NCBI GenBank assembly: GCA_041752695.1
Contig: JBGSVZ010000113.1
Location: forward strand, 32,001 to 96,000
Origin: Terrimicrobiaceae bacterium
GTDB taxonomy: Bacteria; Verrucomicrobiota; Verrucomicrobiia; Chthoniobacterales; Terrimicrobiaceae
DNA length: 64,000 nt
Direction of reading: 5' to 3'
This document shows, one piece after another, positions 35,109-45,298 of the stretch. The position numbers were made by a program, and so were the translations under genes. Below the pieces are notes generated by a model. That model was not told where the DNA came from. It did not search any database and saw only the letters and a program-made list of their open reading frames with translations. The stretch's first letter is position 1; each line of letters starts with the position of its first letter.

Positions 35109-36875
35109 TTACTTCTTCCACTTCTTTTTGAAGGGTGGCTTGAAGTCACGGTCGGATTTGGCGGCCGCCATCACCTTCATGGGTTTGATCTGAATGTCGC
35201 GTCCCTGGTAGTCCACGGAATTTCCGTCGGCCGAGAGGCCCTGCGCAAAACTCTCCGGCACCTGGGCGAAGGATTCGTTGCGAGACAGTTCGATCATGCC
35301 AACATTTCGACCGGGCAGACCGGAACTGTTTGCGATGAGGTCCACGATCTCTCGCGGTCCGAATCCATCGCCTTTGCCGACACTGAGGGAGATCCACTGG
35401 AATCCCCGGGACGGCGCGCGCAGGAAAGGTTTCCGCTCGAAGGATTCCCGCGGCGCCTCTTCGCGAAATTCCTCGCGGGCGGGCGGGCGGGGCTGCGGCT
35501 TTTTTTCGAAAGCGGGCGGCGCATCATGAAAGCGGGGGGCTTCCTTCGCGGCGGGCGCAGTCTTCGAGGGCGCAGCAGGAGCGTCGGTTCCCCCGATGAG
35601 CAGGTGAAAAAGGGCGGCGGCGATGTCGGTTGAGTTCAACCCCTCCTCCAGCAGACGGTCCACCAGCGAGGAACGGGACTGGTAAGACTCTCCCTCGAGG
35701 ACGAGACGCACGCGGTCCAGCAAGGCGCCTGAGCGTTTTTCCTCGACCTCGTTGACGCTGGGAATCGTGCCGCGGCGGATCTTCGCTTTGGTGAAACGCT
35801 CGATGAACTGGAGCTTGTAGATGTCGCGGCCCGTGACAAACGTCATCGCCATGCCGCGTTTGCCCGCGCGCCCAGTGCGGCCGATGCGGTGGACGTAATC
35901 TTCGGCGTCATAGGGCAGGTCGTAATTCACCACGAGTTCCAGATCGTCCACGTCAATCCCACGGGCGGCCACGTCGGTGGCGACAAGGAACTCGAACTCG
36001 GAATTTTTGAATTTGTTCATCACCCGCGTGCGCTGCGCCTGGGCAATGCCACCGTGCAGCCGGTCCGCCGCGAAACCCTGCGCGAGCAGCGCGTCGGCCA
36101 GTTCATCCACCATGCGCTGGGTGTTACAAAAGATGATGCCGAGTTTAAATCCGTGGTAGTCGATCAGGCGGATGAGGGTTTCCAGTTTCACCCGGAAATG
36201 CACTTCATAATACCATTGTTCGATCGCAGGGGAGGCCACTTCCTTCTGCTCGATTTTGACCATCTCGGGAGAACGCGCGTAGCGGTTGATCAGGTCGCGG
36301 ATGACCTTGGAAACGGTGGCGGAGAAGAAGACGGTCTGGCGTTCCTTCGGCGTCGCCTGGAGGATTTTTTCGATGTCCTCGCGGAAGCCCATGTCGAGCA
36401 TGCGATCCGCCTCGTCGAGGATGACGACCTTGAGCGAATCGAGGCGCAGGGTGCCGCGATCGAGATGGTCGATCAGTCGTCCGGGCGTGCCGATGACAAT
36501 CTGCACGCCTTTTTTCAGTTCGAAAAACTGACGGTCATACGACGCACCGCCGTAGATCGGCACGGCATGAATGCCGCGTTTGAAAGCCGTGAGTTTATGC
36601 ACCTCGTCGGCGACCTGGGTGGCAAGTTCACGCGTGGGGCAAAGGATGAGAACCTGCACGGCATTGCTCGACGCGTCGATTTTTTCGATGGCCGGAATGG
36701 CGAAGGCGGCCGTCTTGCCGGAGCCCGTCTGCGACTGTCCGACCACGTCCACCCCGCGCATGAGAACTGGGATGGCGGCGGCCTGGATCGGCGAAGCCTC
36801 CTCAAATCCCAGCGCCTCCACGGCCTTGAGAATTTCCGGCGAAAGGCCGAGCGATGCGAAAGTGGGTTTGTCCAT
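35109..36875 (-). CDS. deaD: DEAD-box RNA helicase (DeaD/CsdA-like)
   Basis: Q motif, 'QTGSGKT', 'PTRELA', 'DEAD', 'SAT', 'HRIGRTGR', C-terminal DbpA-like domain. Confidence 0.92.
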   Translation of the reverse strand: MDKPTFASLGLSPEILKAVEALGFEEASPIQAAAIPVLMRGVDVVGQSQTGSGKTAAFAIPAIEKIDASSNAVQVLILCPTRELATQVADEVHKLTAFKRGIHAVPIYGGASYDRQFFELKKGVQIVIGTPGRLIDHLDRGTLRLDSLKVVILDEADRMLDMGFREDIEKILQATPKERQTVFFSATVSKVIRDLINRYARSPEMVKIEQKEVASPAIEQWYYEVHFRVKLETLIRLIDYHGFKLGIIFCNTQRMVDELADALLAQGFAADRLHGGIAQAQRTRVMNKFKNSEFEFLVATDVAARGIDVDDLELVVNYDLPYDAEDYVHRIGRTGRAGKRGMAMTFVTGRDIYKLQFIERFTKAKIRRGTIPSVNEVEEKRSGALLDRVRLVLEGESYQSRSSLVDRLLEEGLNSTDIAAALFHLLIGGTDAPAAPSKTAPAAKEAPRFHDAPPAFEKKPQPRPPAREEFREEAPRESFERKPFLRAPSRGFQWISLSVGKGDGFGPREIVDLIANSSGLPGRNVGMIELSRNESFAQVPESFAQGLSADGNSVDYQGRDIQIKPMKVMAAAKSDRDFKPPFKKKWKK

Positions 36876-36931
36876 AGCAGGGCACTGTATCGTGAACCGC
36901 CCGGGGCGTCACGGATTCCGGCAAAAAGAAA

Positions 36932-37579
36932 TCACCGCCGCGAAGCAACGATGCCGTCGGCGATGCGTTCCGCCAGCCGCTGCCGGTACATGGCATTCTG
37001 CGCGTAGCGGTTGTCCTGGGGGTTGGAAAGGAAACCCAGCTCGCACAGGACGGCCGGACGCCGATTGTGGCGCAGGACGTAATAATTATTGCGTTTCACC
37101 CCCCGATTGTTGGTTGGATAGACCCGCAGGGTTTGCTGGAGGATATTGACCGCGAGGGCGCGGGAGCGAGGGTTGTAGTAATACATCTCGATCCCCCGCG
37201 GGCTGGACCTTCGTGCCCAGTTGTAATGGACACTGACAAAGATCGAATTTCCGGTGCGGTTGGCGGTGTTCACCCGGGTTCCGAGCGGGATGAAATGATC
37301 GGACTGCCGGGTTTCAATGACACGAAATCCCCGGCTCCGCAGGACTTTCGCCAGCCGCTGCGCGGTGTCGAGAGCGAGAATTTTTTCCGGGTAACCCGAA
37401 ACCGCTTTTGCCCCGCGGTCCGAACCCCCGTGACCGGCATCGACGATGACGGTGTCGAAGTGGCCCACCCCGCCACTACTGCTAAAGTCGTTGGAGCATC
37501 CGGCCAAGAGAAGAAGCGCCAAGCCAAACGCCGCACGCAGTGCGACACGAATTTGGTCAATGGTCTTCCTCATACGCAT
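36932..37579 (-). CDS. N-acetylmuramoyl-L-alanine amidase (Amidase_3), probable lipoprotein
   Basis: Lipobox LAGC; 'VDAGHGG', 'FVSVHYN', 'PAVLCELGFLSN'. Confidence 0.9.
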   Translation of the reverse strand: MRMRKTIDQIRVALRAAFGLALLLLAGCSNDFSSSGGVGHFDTVIVDAGHGGSDRGAKAVSGYPEKILALDTAQRLAKVLRSRGFRVIETRQSDHFIPLGTRVNTANRTGNSIFVSVHYNWARRSSPRGIEMYYYNPRSRALAVNILQQTLRVYPTNNRGVKRNNYYVLRHNRRPAVLCELGFLSNPQDNRYAQNAMYRQRLAERIADGIVASRR

Positions 37580-37693
37580 TCCTGTTCCTTCCCTGTCCTG
37601 ACCAGCTTGGAACGTGCGCAACCTAATGGACTCCGCCCTCAAAGCAACAATTTAGTCTCGCCACGGGCGCAGTGACACGCGACTGGTGAGGAC

Positions 37694-38452
37694 ATGCTGG
37701 CGAAACGCATCATCCCCTGCCTCGACGTGACCGACGGACGCGTGGTGAAGGGCACCAAATTTCTCGATCTGCGCGACGCGGGGGATCCCGTCGAATGCGC
37801 CAAGGCCTACGACGCGCAAGGGGCGGACGAATTGGTTTTTCTCGACATCACCGCTTCAAGCGACGGTCGCGCCACGATGGTTGATGTGGTGGCCCAGACG
37901 GCGGAACAATGTTTCATGCCGCTCACAGTGGGCGGGGGCATCCGCACGGTGGAGGATTTTCGCATCATGCTGCTGGCGGGCGCGGACAAAGTGAGTGTGA
38001 ACACCGCCGCCATCCACAACCCCCTACTGGTCAGCGAGGCCGCGCAAGCCTTTGGTTCGCAATGTGTGGTGGTGGCCATCGACGCAAAGCGGGACGGCCC
38101 GGGACGCTGGCGCGTTTACACGCATGGTGGACGCAAGCCTACGGAACTCGACGCCGTCGCCTGGGCTTCCGAAGTCGCGAGGCTGGGGGCGGGGGAAATT
38201 TTGCTCACCAGCATGGACGCGGATGGAACCTGTGGCGGATATGACATCGAACTGACCGCCGCGGTCAGCGAAGCGGTGAGCATCCCGGTGATCGCCAGTG
38301 GTGGCGCGGGCGATTTAAGCCATCTGGCCGATGTGCTCGATGAAGGGAAGGCGGACGCGGTGCTGGCCGCGAGCATCTTTCATTTCGGCACGTATTCGAT
38401 CCGTCAGGCCAAGGAATATCTCGCCGGCCGGGACATCCCGGTGCGGCTCTGA
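37694..38452 (+). CDS. hisF: Imidazole glycerol phosphate synthase subunit HisF
   Basis: '[18 protein letters not shown]', '[13 protein letters not shown]', 'PVIASGGAG'. Confidence 0.97.
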   Translation: MLAKRIIPCLDVTDGRVVKGTKFLDLRDAGDPVECAKAYDAQGADELVFLDITASSDGRATMVDVVAQTAEQCFMPLTVGGGIRTVEDFRIMLLAGADKVSVNTAAIHNPLLVSEAAQAFGSQCVVVAIDAKRDGPGRWRVYTHGGRKPTELDAVAWASEVARLGAGEILLTSMDADGTCGGYDIELTAAVSEAVSIPVIASGGAGDLSHLADVLDEGKADAVLAASIFHFGTYSIRQAKEYLAGRDIPVRL

Positions 38453-38497
38453 GTCTTCCGGGTTGAGATTCTGGCGGCGGTCGGTTAAGGAATACCC

Positions 38498-38941
38498 ATG
38501 CCCGAAATCCTTCTCACTCCCGAGGCCATCCTCAACCGCCTACGCGGCGAGGGCATGCGCATCACCGGGAGCAGACGCAGCATTTTGGATGTGCTCTTCG
38601 AGGCCGAAAAACCTCTCTCCCTCCAGGATATCCAGGACCTGGCGGTCGCGAAAGGCGAGTCACCGGACTACGCCACCGTTTTTCGCCTGATGACCCTGCT
38701 GGAGCGGTTGCATCTCGTCCATAAGGTGAACCTCCAGCGATCCTGCAGCTACTACGAACTGCACGATCCCGCCAAGCACTACGATCACATCGTCTGCACG
38801 GATTGCGGCAAGGTCGTCGTAATCGACATCCCCTGCCCGCTCGGGGACACCGAAAAACAAATCGCCGAGCACTACGGCTTTCGAAACCTCACCCACTCGC
38901 TGGAGTTTTTCGGGCGCTGCCCGGAGTGCCTGGCGGCTTGA
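38498..38941 (+). CDS. Fur family transcriptional regulator
   Basis: 'RITGSRRSIL', 'ATVFRLM', 'HYDHIVCTDCG', 'GRCPEC'. Confidence 0.92.
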   Translation: MPEILLTPEAILNRLRGEGMRITGSRRSILDVLFEAEKPLSLQDIQDLAVAKGESPDYATVFRLMTLLERLHLVHKVNLQRSCSYYELHDPAKHYDHIVCTDCGKVVVIDIPCPLGDTEKQIAEHYGFRNLTHSLEFFGRCPECLAA

Positions 38942-38952
38942 TCGTCACCACT

Positions 38953-39738
38953 ATGAACCGGCTTCTTTTTGCCGCGCTGTTTTTCGCGATCTCCAGCCTT
39001 CAGGCGGGGATCATCACTCGCGAAGTCACCTACCCGGCCGGCTCCGTCACGGCCAGAGGGTTTCTTGCTGCACCTGAGGGAAAAGGAAAACATCCCGGGG
39101 TATTGGTCGTGCACGAATGGTGGGGGTTGAACGACTACGCCCGCGAACGCGCGAAAAAGCTCGCCGCGCTTGGGTATGTCGCGCTGGCCGTCGACATGTA
39201 TGGCGAGGGCAAGGTGGCCGGCCATCCAAAAGACGCCGGAGCCTTTGCCGGCGGGGTGATGCGCGACCTCCCCGAAGCGCGCAAACGTTTTCAGGACGCG
39301 CTCGCTTTTCTGGCGAACCAACCCGAGGTGGAAGCGAACCAACTCGCGGCGATTGGCTATTGTTTCGGCGGTGGTGTGGTCCTCCAGATGGCCTGTGACA
39401 ACGTCACGGGACTCAAAGCCGTGGCAAGTTTTCACGGTTCCTTGGGCGCGGAAATCCCACCGAACACGAAACCGACCGCCCGCATGCTCGTCTGTCACGG
39501 CGCGGACGATACCTTCGTAAAACCCGAGGTGATCCAGTCGTTTCAGGATCGCATGAAAGTGGCCGGGGTGGATCTCAAGTTTGTCAGCTACCCGGACGCT
39601 CTCCACGGATTCACCAATCCCGACGCCACCGCCAAAGCAAAAGAATTCGGGCTTAATATCGGCTACGACGCCAAGGCCGACGAGGCGTCGTGGAAGGAAC
39701 TCGAAGGGTTTTTGAAAAAATCCCGCGGGCCGTCTTGA
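38953..39738 (+). CDS. Dienelactone hydrolase family protein, exported
   Basis: Signal peptide from ATG 38953; 'HEWWGLN', 'GYCFGG', 'HGFTNP'. Confidence 0.9.
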   Translation: MNRLLFAALFFAISSLQAGIITREVTYPAGSVTARGFLAAPEGKGKHPGVLVVHEWWGLNDYARERAKKLAALGYVALAVDMYGEGKVAGHPKDAGAFAGGVMRDLPEARKRFQDALAFLANQPEVEANQLAAIGYCFGGGVVLQMACDNVTGLKAVASFHGSLGAEIPPNTKPTARMLVCHGADDTFVKPEVIQSFQDRMKVAGVDLKFVSYPDALHGFTNPDATAKAKEFGLNIGYDAKADEASWKELEGFLKKSRGPS

Positions 39739-40605
39739 TCAGACCACCGCCTGGTCGATCAACTCCCGCAGCCGACTCACTTCCGTGGCGGAAGTCTTGG
39801 CGAGAAATCCACGCGCGTGCGCGAAATGGACCTCAGGCTGGCTGGCAATGCGCGAAAAATCGAGACGGGCGTCGTCTTGAAAACGCGACAGTCCATAGCC
39901 CCGACCGCGCCGGTCCGGGTAAACCATCCCGGCGACTTCCGCGGAGAAACCGAGATTTTCGATAAAATAGTCCAAACCCAGTGAGGGCTCTTCCGGCAGC
40001 GGATTGGTGCGGGGCACGAAGAGCACGCGGGTCGGTCCCGATTTGAGATTCAGAGTCCACCACTCGGCATGGCGGTGCAGAAAATCCAACCGTCCGCGCA
40101 GGGAACGCACGTAGTGCAAAAGATCCTCGCCAATCATGCGCATCACTTCCCACATCGTGTCGCCAGGCTCGAGTTCCTGCATTTGCGAAAACCGCCGTAA
40201 GAGGGTCATATCAATCGGGGAAGTCAGACGTGTCACCACATCCCGTTCCACGCCGAGCCATTCCGCCGTGGCAATTGGTCCGCGGCAATCGAACCATTCC
40301 GCCGTCTCCAGCCACTCGCAGAAACGCCGGGCGTCTTCATAGAGCGAAAGGTGACGCAGCACGAGGGAAAGCGAACACGTCGGAGTGTGGTCGCGAGGCA
40401 GTTGGTGGTGGTCAAAATTATGAAACTCCGGTTCCAGTTTGTGACCGACATCCACGACAAAAACCGACCGATCCGCCAGATCCTTTCCTGTCGGCTCCCG
40501 ACGGACAATGGGGACTGCGTGGACGGCAATCAACACGCTGCAGGCCAGGAAGTCGTCCTTATGGGCGCCGCCAGGATGCGTGAGAATGGTGCGAATCGGT
40601 GTCAT
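39739..40605 (-). CDS. MYG1 family metal-dependent nuclease/hydrolase
   Basis: 'THPGGAHKDDFLAC', 'VDVG', 'FDHHQ', 'FAHARGF'. Confidence 0.82.
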   Translation of the reverse strand: MTPIRTILTHPGGAHKDDFLACSVLIAVHAVPIVRREPTGKDLADRSVFVVDVGHKLEPEFHNFDHHQLPRDHTPTCSLSLVLRHLSLYEDARRFCEWLETAEWFDCRGPIATAEWLGVERDVVTRLTSPIDMTLLRRFSQMQELEPGDTMWEVMRMIGEDLLHYVRSLRGRLDFLHRHAEWWTLNLKSGPTRVLFVPRTNPLPEEPSLGLDYFIENLGFSAEVAGMVYPDRRGRGYGLSRFQDDARLDFSRIASQPEVHFAHARGFLAKTSATEVSRLRELIDQAVV

Positions 40606-40739
40606 GAGCCTCTCTTTGTCGCATGGCACGAAGAGAGGGGCAAGGGTGGGCGTGTTTAATTCTGCCCGACCTGAGAAATTTCGGAGACAATTTCTGCTGT
40701 GCTCAAATATTTCCATCGTTGTAAACAGATTATGCGTGC

Positions 40740-40764
40740 ATAAAATTGCACAATTTTATTGACG
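40740..40764 (+). promoter_or_regulatory. Palindromic operator abutting a -35-like box
   Basis: ATAAAATTG-CA-CAATTTTAT (perfect 9-bp arms) running into TTGACG. Confidence 0.55.
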
Positions 40765-40812
40765 AGACAGCCCCTCCTCCGTCACTGCTAGGACGCTCTC
40801 ATTTTCAGTGGT

Positions 40813-43800
40813 ATGAACTCCCCCGCTCCGCTCTTTCCGTCCGTCCCCCGATTCCTTCAAAGTCACCCGCCCATCCGTCGGGGCGTCTCTTTCCTCGGCG
40901 CCCTGGTCGCTCTTGCGTTTGGGATCAACGAGGCCGCCCAATCTGCCCCGGTGTTCAGTGTTCCCGGATTCGTAGACGAGACATTGTATCAAGGCAACGG
41001 CATGATCACGATGCGGTTCGACTCGGCCGGACGACTTTGGGTGATTGAAAAGCAGGGGCGCGTGCTGATGTTCGAGCCAAATCCCGGCGGGCCCACCACG
41101 CTCAACTACGACTATTATGAGACGGGGCAACTCAGCGCCCTGCCCAATTTTCCCACCCTCACGCCGATCAAAAGCGGAACTGTGAGCAATTTCACCCTGG
41201 ACCCCCGCCAACGGGACGATGACTTTGCCTTTCGCTATACCGGAACGATCACTCTCGCCACTTCGGGTGCCTATACATTCTATCTGTCTTCAGACGACGG
41301 CAGCCGTTTGTTCATCAACAATACGCTTGTGGTCAATTACGATGGTCTGCACGGGGCGGGCGAGCAATCCGGAGTCATCACCCTCCCGGCAGGCACGCAT
41401 GATATTCGGGTGGAGTATTTCGAACGGAACGGCGGTCAGTCGCTGACCGTGCAATACGCCGGCCCGGGAATTGCCAAGGGGCCGGTCGCCCAAGGTGTCT
41501 TCAAGGCTCCGGTGGTGTTTGCGGACTACTCCGCCCAGGTGAACACTCAGGGGGAGCGGGGGATGATGGGCCTCGCCCTTGATCCTGACTTTGCCAACAC
41601 GCGCTATGTCTATTTACTCTTTGCTACGGGAACAGATCAGCGTCTGATCCGCCTGACCGCCAATGAGGCCTTCACGGCGGCGACCCCGGGCTCCGAAACG
41701 ATTCTTCTGAGCGGCTTGCCAAACGCCAACACCGTCCACAAAGCAGGCGACATCGCGTTTCATCCCAATGATCCCAACAGCATCACCATTATGCTGGGTG
41801 ATGACGGAGAGCGGTTTCTCGTTTCGAACCTCGACAACTATTACGGCAAGATTCTTAGAGTCAGCGCGGCGGACGGCAAGGGGCTGCCCGCGAATCCTTT
41901 TTACGACGGCGACCCCAACTCCGTTCGTTCCCGCGTGTGGTCGTTTGCGTATCGTAATCCCTATCGTTTCGCCTTCGACCCCGCTCCACCCGCCGCTGAT
42001 GTTCTCTATATTTCGGAAAATGGCGATGGCACCGACCGGGTCGCGCGGATTGCCAAAGGCGCGGATGGTGCCTGGCCGACTTCGAACTACCTGGTGGATT
42101 CCGTGGATGGAAAACGCAGAATACTCCAAACTTCCGGCCCGTCAAAAACCGGCATTGCCATCGTGCGTTCGGGTCCGTTTGCACCGGGCGGCAATCCGGT
42201 TCTTTATAACGCGCGTTACGGCGGCGGCGACCGCAACGAAGTCCAACGCTGGAGATTGACGGGGGCAAACCTCGACACCCTCACCGCACTTCCCGAAGAC
42301 GCGGGCAATCCGTTTTACCTCGGATTCACCGATCACGGCATCGTCAGTTTCACCCCCGGCCCCGACGGCAGTCTCTATTACACGGACAGCGGCCAGGGAG
42401 CGTCCACCGGCGCGACCTGGCGGTTGGGCCGCATTCGATTTGTGGGGGGCACGGCACCGGCCGCGGGCTTTACGACCGACGTCATCACCGGGCAGTCTCC
42501 GCTCAACGTTTCCTTCACCGATACCTCGACGGCGCCAGCCAGTTCCATTGTCTCGTGGAGTTGGAATTTCGGCGACGGCGCTAGCTCCGCCCTCCAAAGC
42601 CCTTCCCATACCTACGCGCAGCCGGGGATTTATCGAGCGACGCTCCTTGTGACGAACGCCCAGGGCCTCACGAGTGAGACCGAACAAACGATCACCGCTT
42701 ATCATTCCACGGGGGTCACGCTCAGCGGCTCGGTCTTCGACGGGCGATCTGGTGTTGCGGAGGCCCTCACGGTTCCCACAGAACTGAGATTTTATCAGGC
42801 GAATGGCGTAACGCCACTGCCCATCGCCGGCGGCGCGGGGACATCCGGCAACATGATCTCCGTTCCCGTCGGTGGCACGATCTCGGTTTCAACAGTGGCC
42901 GAGATCACCGGGCCGGGAATGGTGGTGTCGGCCGGGGAGGCGGAAGGCGACGGATTGCAACCTGCGCTGGTGGGTATTCCGCTGTCCACGTCGGCGACGA
43001 GCCAGACAGTTAGTGCGAATTTTTACCTCTCAGACACGATGCTGCGAGGCCGGATCACAGATACTAAGGGCACGGTCGCACGAGTGGATTTGGGACTCTC
43101 TAGGGGGGCGGCCGGAGCCTATTATGGGTATGCGGGAGGACGGGATTTTCTGGCCGGATCAGGCATCACCGCCAGTGGGATCAAACACCGCACCGTTCCG
43201 GACGCGCTGGGCTTTTTTCACCTGCCGATTCGCTCCGGCGGAGGAGGTGCGACATTTCACCTTGATACCTCGCGGGACACGCTGGCGGCATCCCATGGCC
43301 GGGTGGCAAAGACTGTTGTTATGGCGGCCGGAACTGACACCGTGCAGAATCTCACAATCGGACTTTACGATGGCGGAATCGGGGAAATGGACCTTTCGGG
43401 AATTCCCATAACGCCGAACGTCAACTACGCCGCGCAGATCCAGCCCATCTTTAATGTCAACTGCGTGGCCTGCCACACCGAACTCGCCACCAATAGTGGC
43501 GGGCTCGATTTGGATCCCGCCGACTCTTATGGCGAACTGGTGGATCAGCAAAGCGTGGAGGCACCCGGTGTGAGACTTGTCGAATCCGGTTCGCCGGAGC
43601 GCAGTTATCTGATGGAAAAAGTCAACTCGACCCATCCGCAGGTCGGCACCGCCATGCGGCCGGGCGACCCGATGTCCCCCGCGGATCGTGCCCTGATCCG
43701 CGACTGGATTAGCCAGCTCGCGAACAATCCCAGGGTGGAATTTGCCGCCCCGGTTTTTTCGGGCGTTGAAGGGACCGCCGCGCAGATCACGGTCCGACGG

Positions 43801-44481
43801 AACGGCGACCTTTCGACCCCAATTACGGTGACCGCTTCCACCGGCACCGGAGGCAGTGCGACAGCCGGAGCGGACTATACGACGACCACAACGCTGCTTT
43901 CCTGGGCCGCTCATGATGGCGCAAATAAAATCATCGAAGTGCCGCTTCTAGCCGACTCCGCCCTGGACGGAAACGAGACCGTCATCCTGCAACTTAGTGC
44001 GCCGACCGGGGCCACGTTGGGCTCGCAGTTGGCTGCCACGCTGACAATCCTCGAAAGCCCGTACAACACCTGGCGGATTCAGCAGTTCGGAACGGAGGCG
44101 GAAAATCCAGAAGCCGGGGCAACGGCGGACTTTGACAAAGACGGCGCCAGCAATCTGATGGAATATGCTCTGAATTCCGATCCCAAGGCCCCTCAATCCA
44201 CCGGCCTCGCCACAGTCCAACCCGGTGGCGCCGGAAAACTGCAGATTTCCTTTTCGGAAAATCCCCATGCCACGGACCTCACTTATACCGTGCAAGGTCG
44301 GGACCTGCTCGAGTCGGGAACCTGGCAAACTCTGGCCACCAAAACCCATGGAGGAGTCTGGGCGGCAGAACCCGGCGTGACCGTGGAAGGGGAAGCGGAA
44401 GTGGTGGTGACCGATAGTGAACCCATTGCCAGCAAGCTCAGACGTTTCCTGCGCCTGCGGGTCGCACTCACCGACGAGTAA
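40813..44481 (+). CDS. Secreted multidomain protein: GSDH-type beta-propeller + PA14 + PKD + cytochrome c + Calx-beta + C-terminal domain
   Basis: 'GERGMMGLALDPDF', 'YRNPYRF' (propeller); 'YTFYLSSDDGSRL' (PA14); 'WSWNFGDG' (PKD); 'IQPIFNVNCVACH' (heme c); 'ATAGADY' (Calx-beta); terminal 'RRFLRLRV'. Confidence 0.8.
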   Translation: MNSPAPLFPSVPRFLQSHPPIRRGVSFLGALVALAFGINEAAQSAPVFSVPGFVDETLYQGNGMITMRFDSAGRLWVIEKQGRVLMFEPNPGGPTTLNYDYYETGQLSALPNFPTLTPIKSGTVSNFTLDPRQRDDDFAFRYTGTITLATSGAYTFYLSSDDGSRLFINNTLVVNYDGLHGAGEQSGVITLPAGTHDIRVEYFERNGGQSLTVQYAGPGIAKGPVAQGVFKAPVVFADYSAQVNTQGERGMMGLALDPDFANTRYVYLLFATGTDQRLIRLTANEAFTAATPGSETILLSGLPNANTVHKAGDIAFHPNDPNSITIMLGDDGERFLVSNLDNYYGKILRVSAADGKGLPANPFYDGDPNSVRSRVWSFAYRNPYRFAFDPAPPAADVLYISENGDGTDRVARIAKGADGAWPTSNYLVDSVDGKRRILQTSGPSKTGIAIVRSGPFAPGGNPVLYNARYGGGDRNEVQRWRLTGANLDTLTALPEDAGNPFYLGFTDHGIVSFTPGPDGSLYYTDSGQGASTGATWRLGRIRFVGGTAPAAGFTTDVITGQSPLNVSFTDTSTAPASSIVSWSWNFGDGASSALQSPSHTYAQPGIYRATLLVTNAQGLTSETEQTITAYHSTGVTLSGSVFDGRSGVAEALTVPTELRFYQANGVTPLPIAGGAGTSGNMISVPVGGTISVSTVAEITGPGMVVSAGEAEGDGLQPALVGIPLSTSATSQTVSANFYLSDTMLRGRITDTKGTVARVDLGLSRGAAGAYYGYAGGRDFLAGSGITASGIKHRTVPDALGFFHLPIRSGGGGATFHLDTSRDTLAASHGRVAKTVVMAAGTDTVQNLTIGLYDGGIGEMDLSGIPITPNVNYAAQIQPIFNVNCVACHTELATNSGGLDLDPADSYGELVDQQSVEAPGVRLVESGSPERSYLMEKVNSTHPQVGTAMRPGDPMSPADRALIRDWISQLANNPRVEFAAPVFSGVEGTAAQITVRRNGDLSTPITVTASTGTGGSATAGADYTTTTTLLSWAAHDGANKIIEVPLLADSALDGNETVILQLSAPTGATLGSQLAATLTILESPYNTWRIQQFGTEAENPEAGATADFDKDGASNLMEYALNSDPKAPQSTGLATVQPGGAGKLQISFSENPHATDLTYTVQGRDLLESGTWQTLATKTHGGVWAAEPGVTVEGEAEVVVTDSEPIASKLRRFLRLRVALTDE

Positions 44482-44626
44482 GATTTCCTGCCTTCGGAGG
44501 TGGGCCTGCGGTAATGCCACCACACCGTGCATCCGTCTTGAGAACCGATTTTTTTTCCAGCCCCCAAAAATCGGTGGCATCCGCGATCCAGTCGGTTACC
44601 GTAATGAAGTCGCGATGCAGAGCCCG

Positions 44627-45295
44627 ATGAAGAATTTGCTTCTCTCCCTCCTTCTGGCGTTTTCCGCAGCGGAAGCGGCCTCAGGCGAAGAGCCGTCCGG
44701 CGAATATGTCGAATTGCATGCCTGCGAAGTTTACACCGGTGGCTGCACGGCCTCGGCTCAAGCCACCCTCGGGGGCCGGTCGGTCCTACGGGTTTGGAAT
44801 TTTCAGTCAGGAAAGCAGGAGAACGTTGAACTCGCCGGACTGACCGTTGTTGCTCTGGAAATCGCAGAAGAAAATCTGGCCATGCCCGGCATAAAAGCTG
44901 CGGAGTCGGTCGCCTACCTTCCGGACAATGCCACCCCGGAACAGCGTGACGGCTTGCTCTCCTGGCTGGCAAGTCAAGGCGTGACGACTCGGGAATCTCG
45001 CATTCTGCCGGTGGCATACCATCGGGAGGGGGCAAGGATATTTGTTAACGCTGGCCCAGACCTCCGATTGAGCACCAGGGCGTTGGAGGCTTGTGATGCC
45101 GGCGGATGCGGCGAGCAACTTTGGTATGAACCCCGGGGCACGACCGGGGGTTTCACGGTTCTCGTTAATGACCATTCCCAAGTGATCGAACCCCTTTTGA
45201 AACTCACCTGGAAAGACCACTCCGCGAAGAGCGTGTTTTTTGGGAGATTCGGATTAAAAATGCATCGCGGTTTTCACCTGGCCGGTATTCTTTAA
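44627..45295 (+). CDS. DUF1326-like exported protein
   Basis: Signal peptide from ATG 44627; 'GEYVELHACEVYTGGC', 'CDAGGCG'. Confidence 0.65.
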   Translation: MKNLLLSLLLAFSAAEAASGEEPSGEYVELHACEVYTGGCTASAQATLGGRSVLRVWNFQSGKQENVELAGLTVVALEIAEENLAMPGIKAAESVAYLPDNATPEQRDGLLSWLASQGVTTRESRILPVAYHREGARIFVNAGPDLRLSTRALEACDAGGCGEQLWYEPRGTTGGFTVLVNDHSQVIEPLLKLTWKDHSAKSVFFGRFGLKMHRGFHLAGIL

Positions 45296-45298
45296 CCT

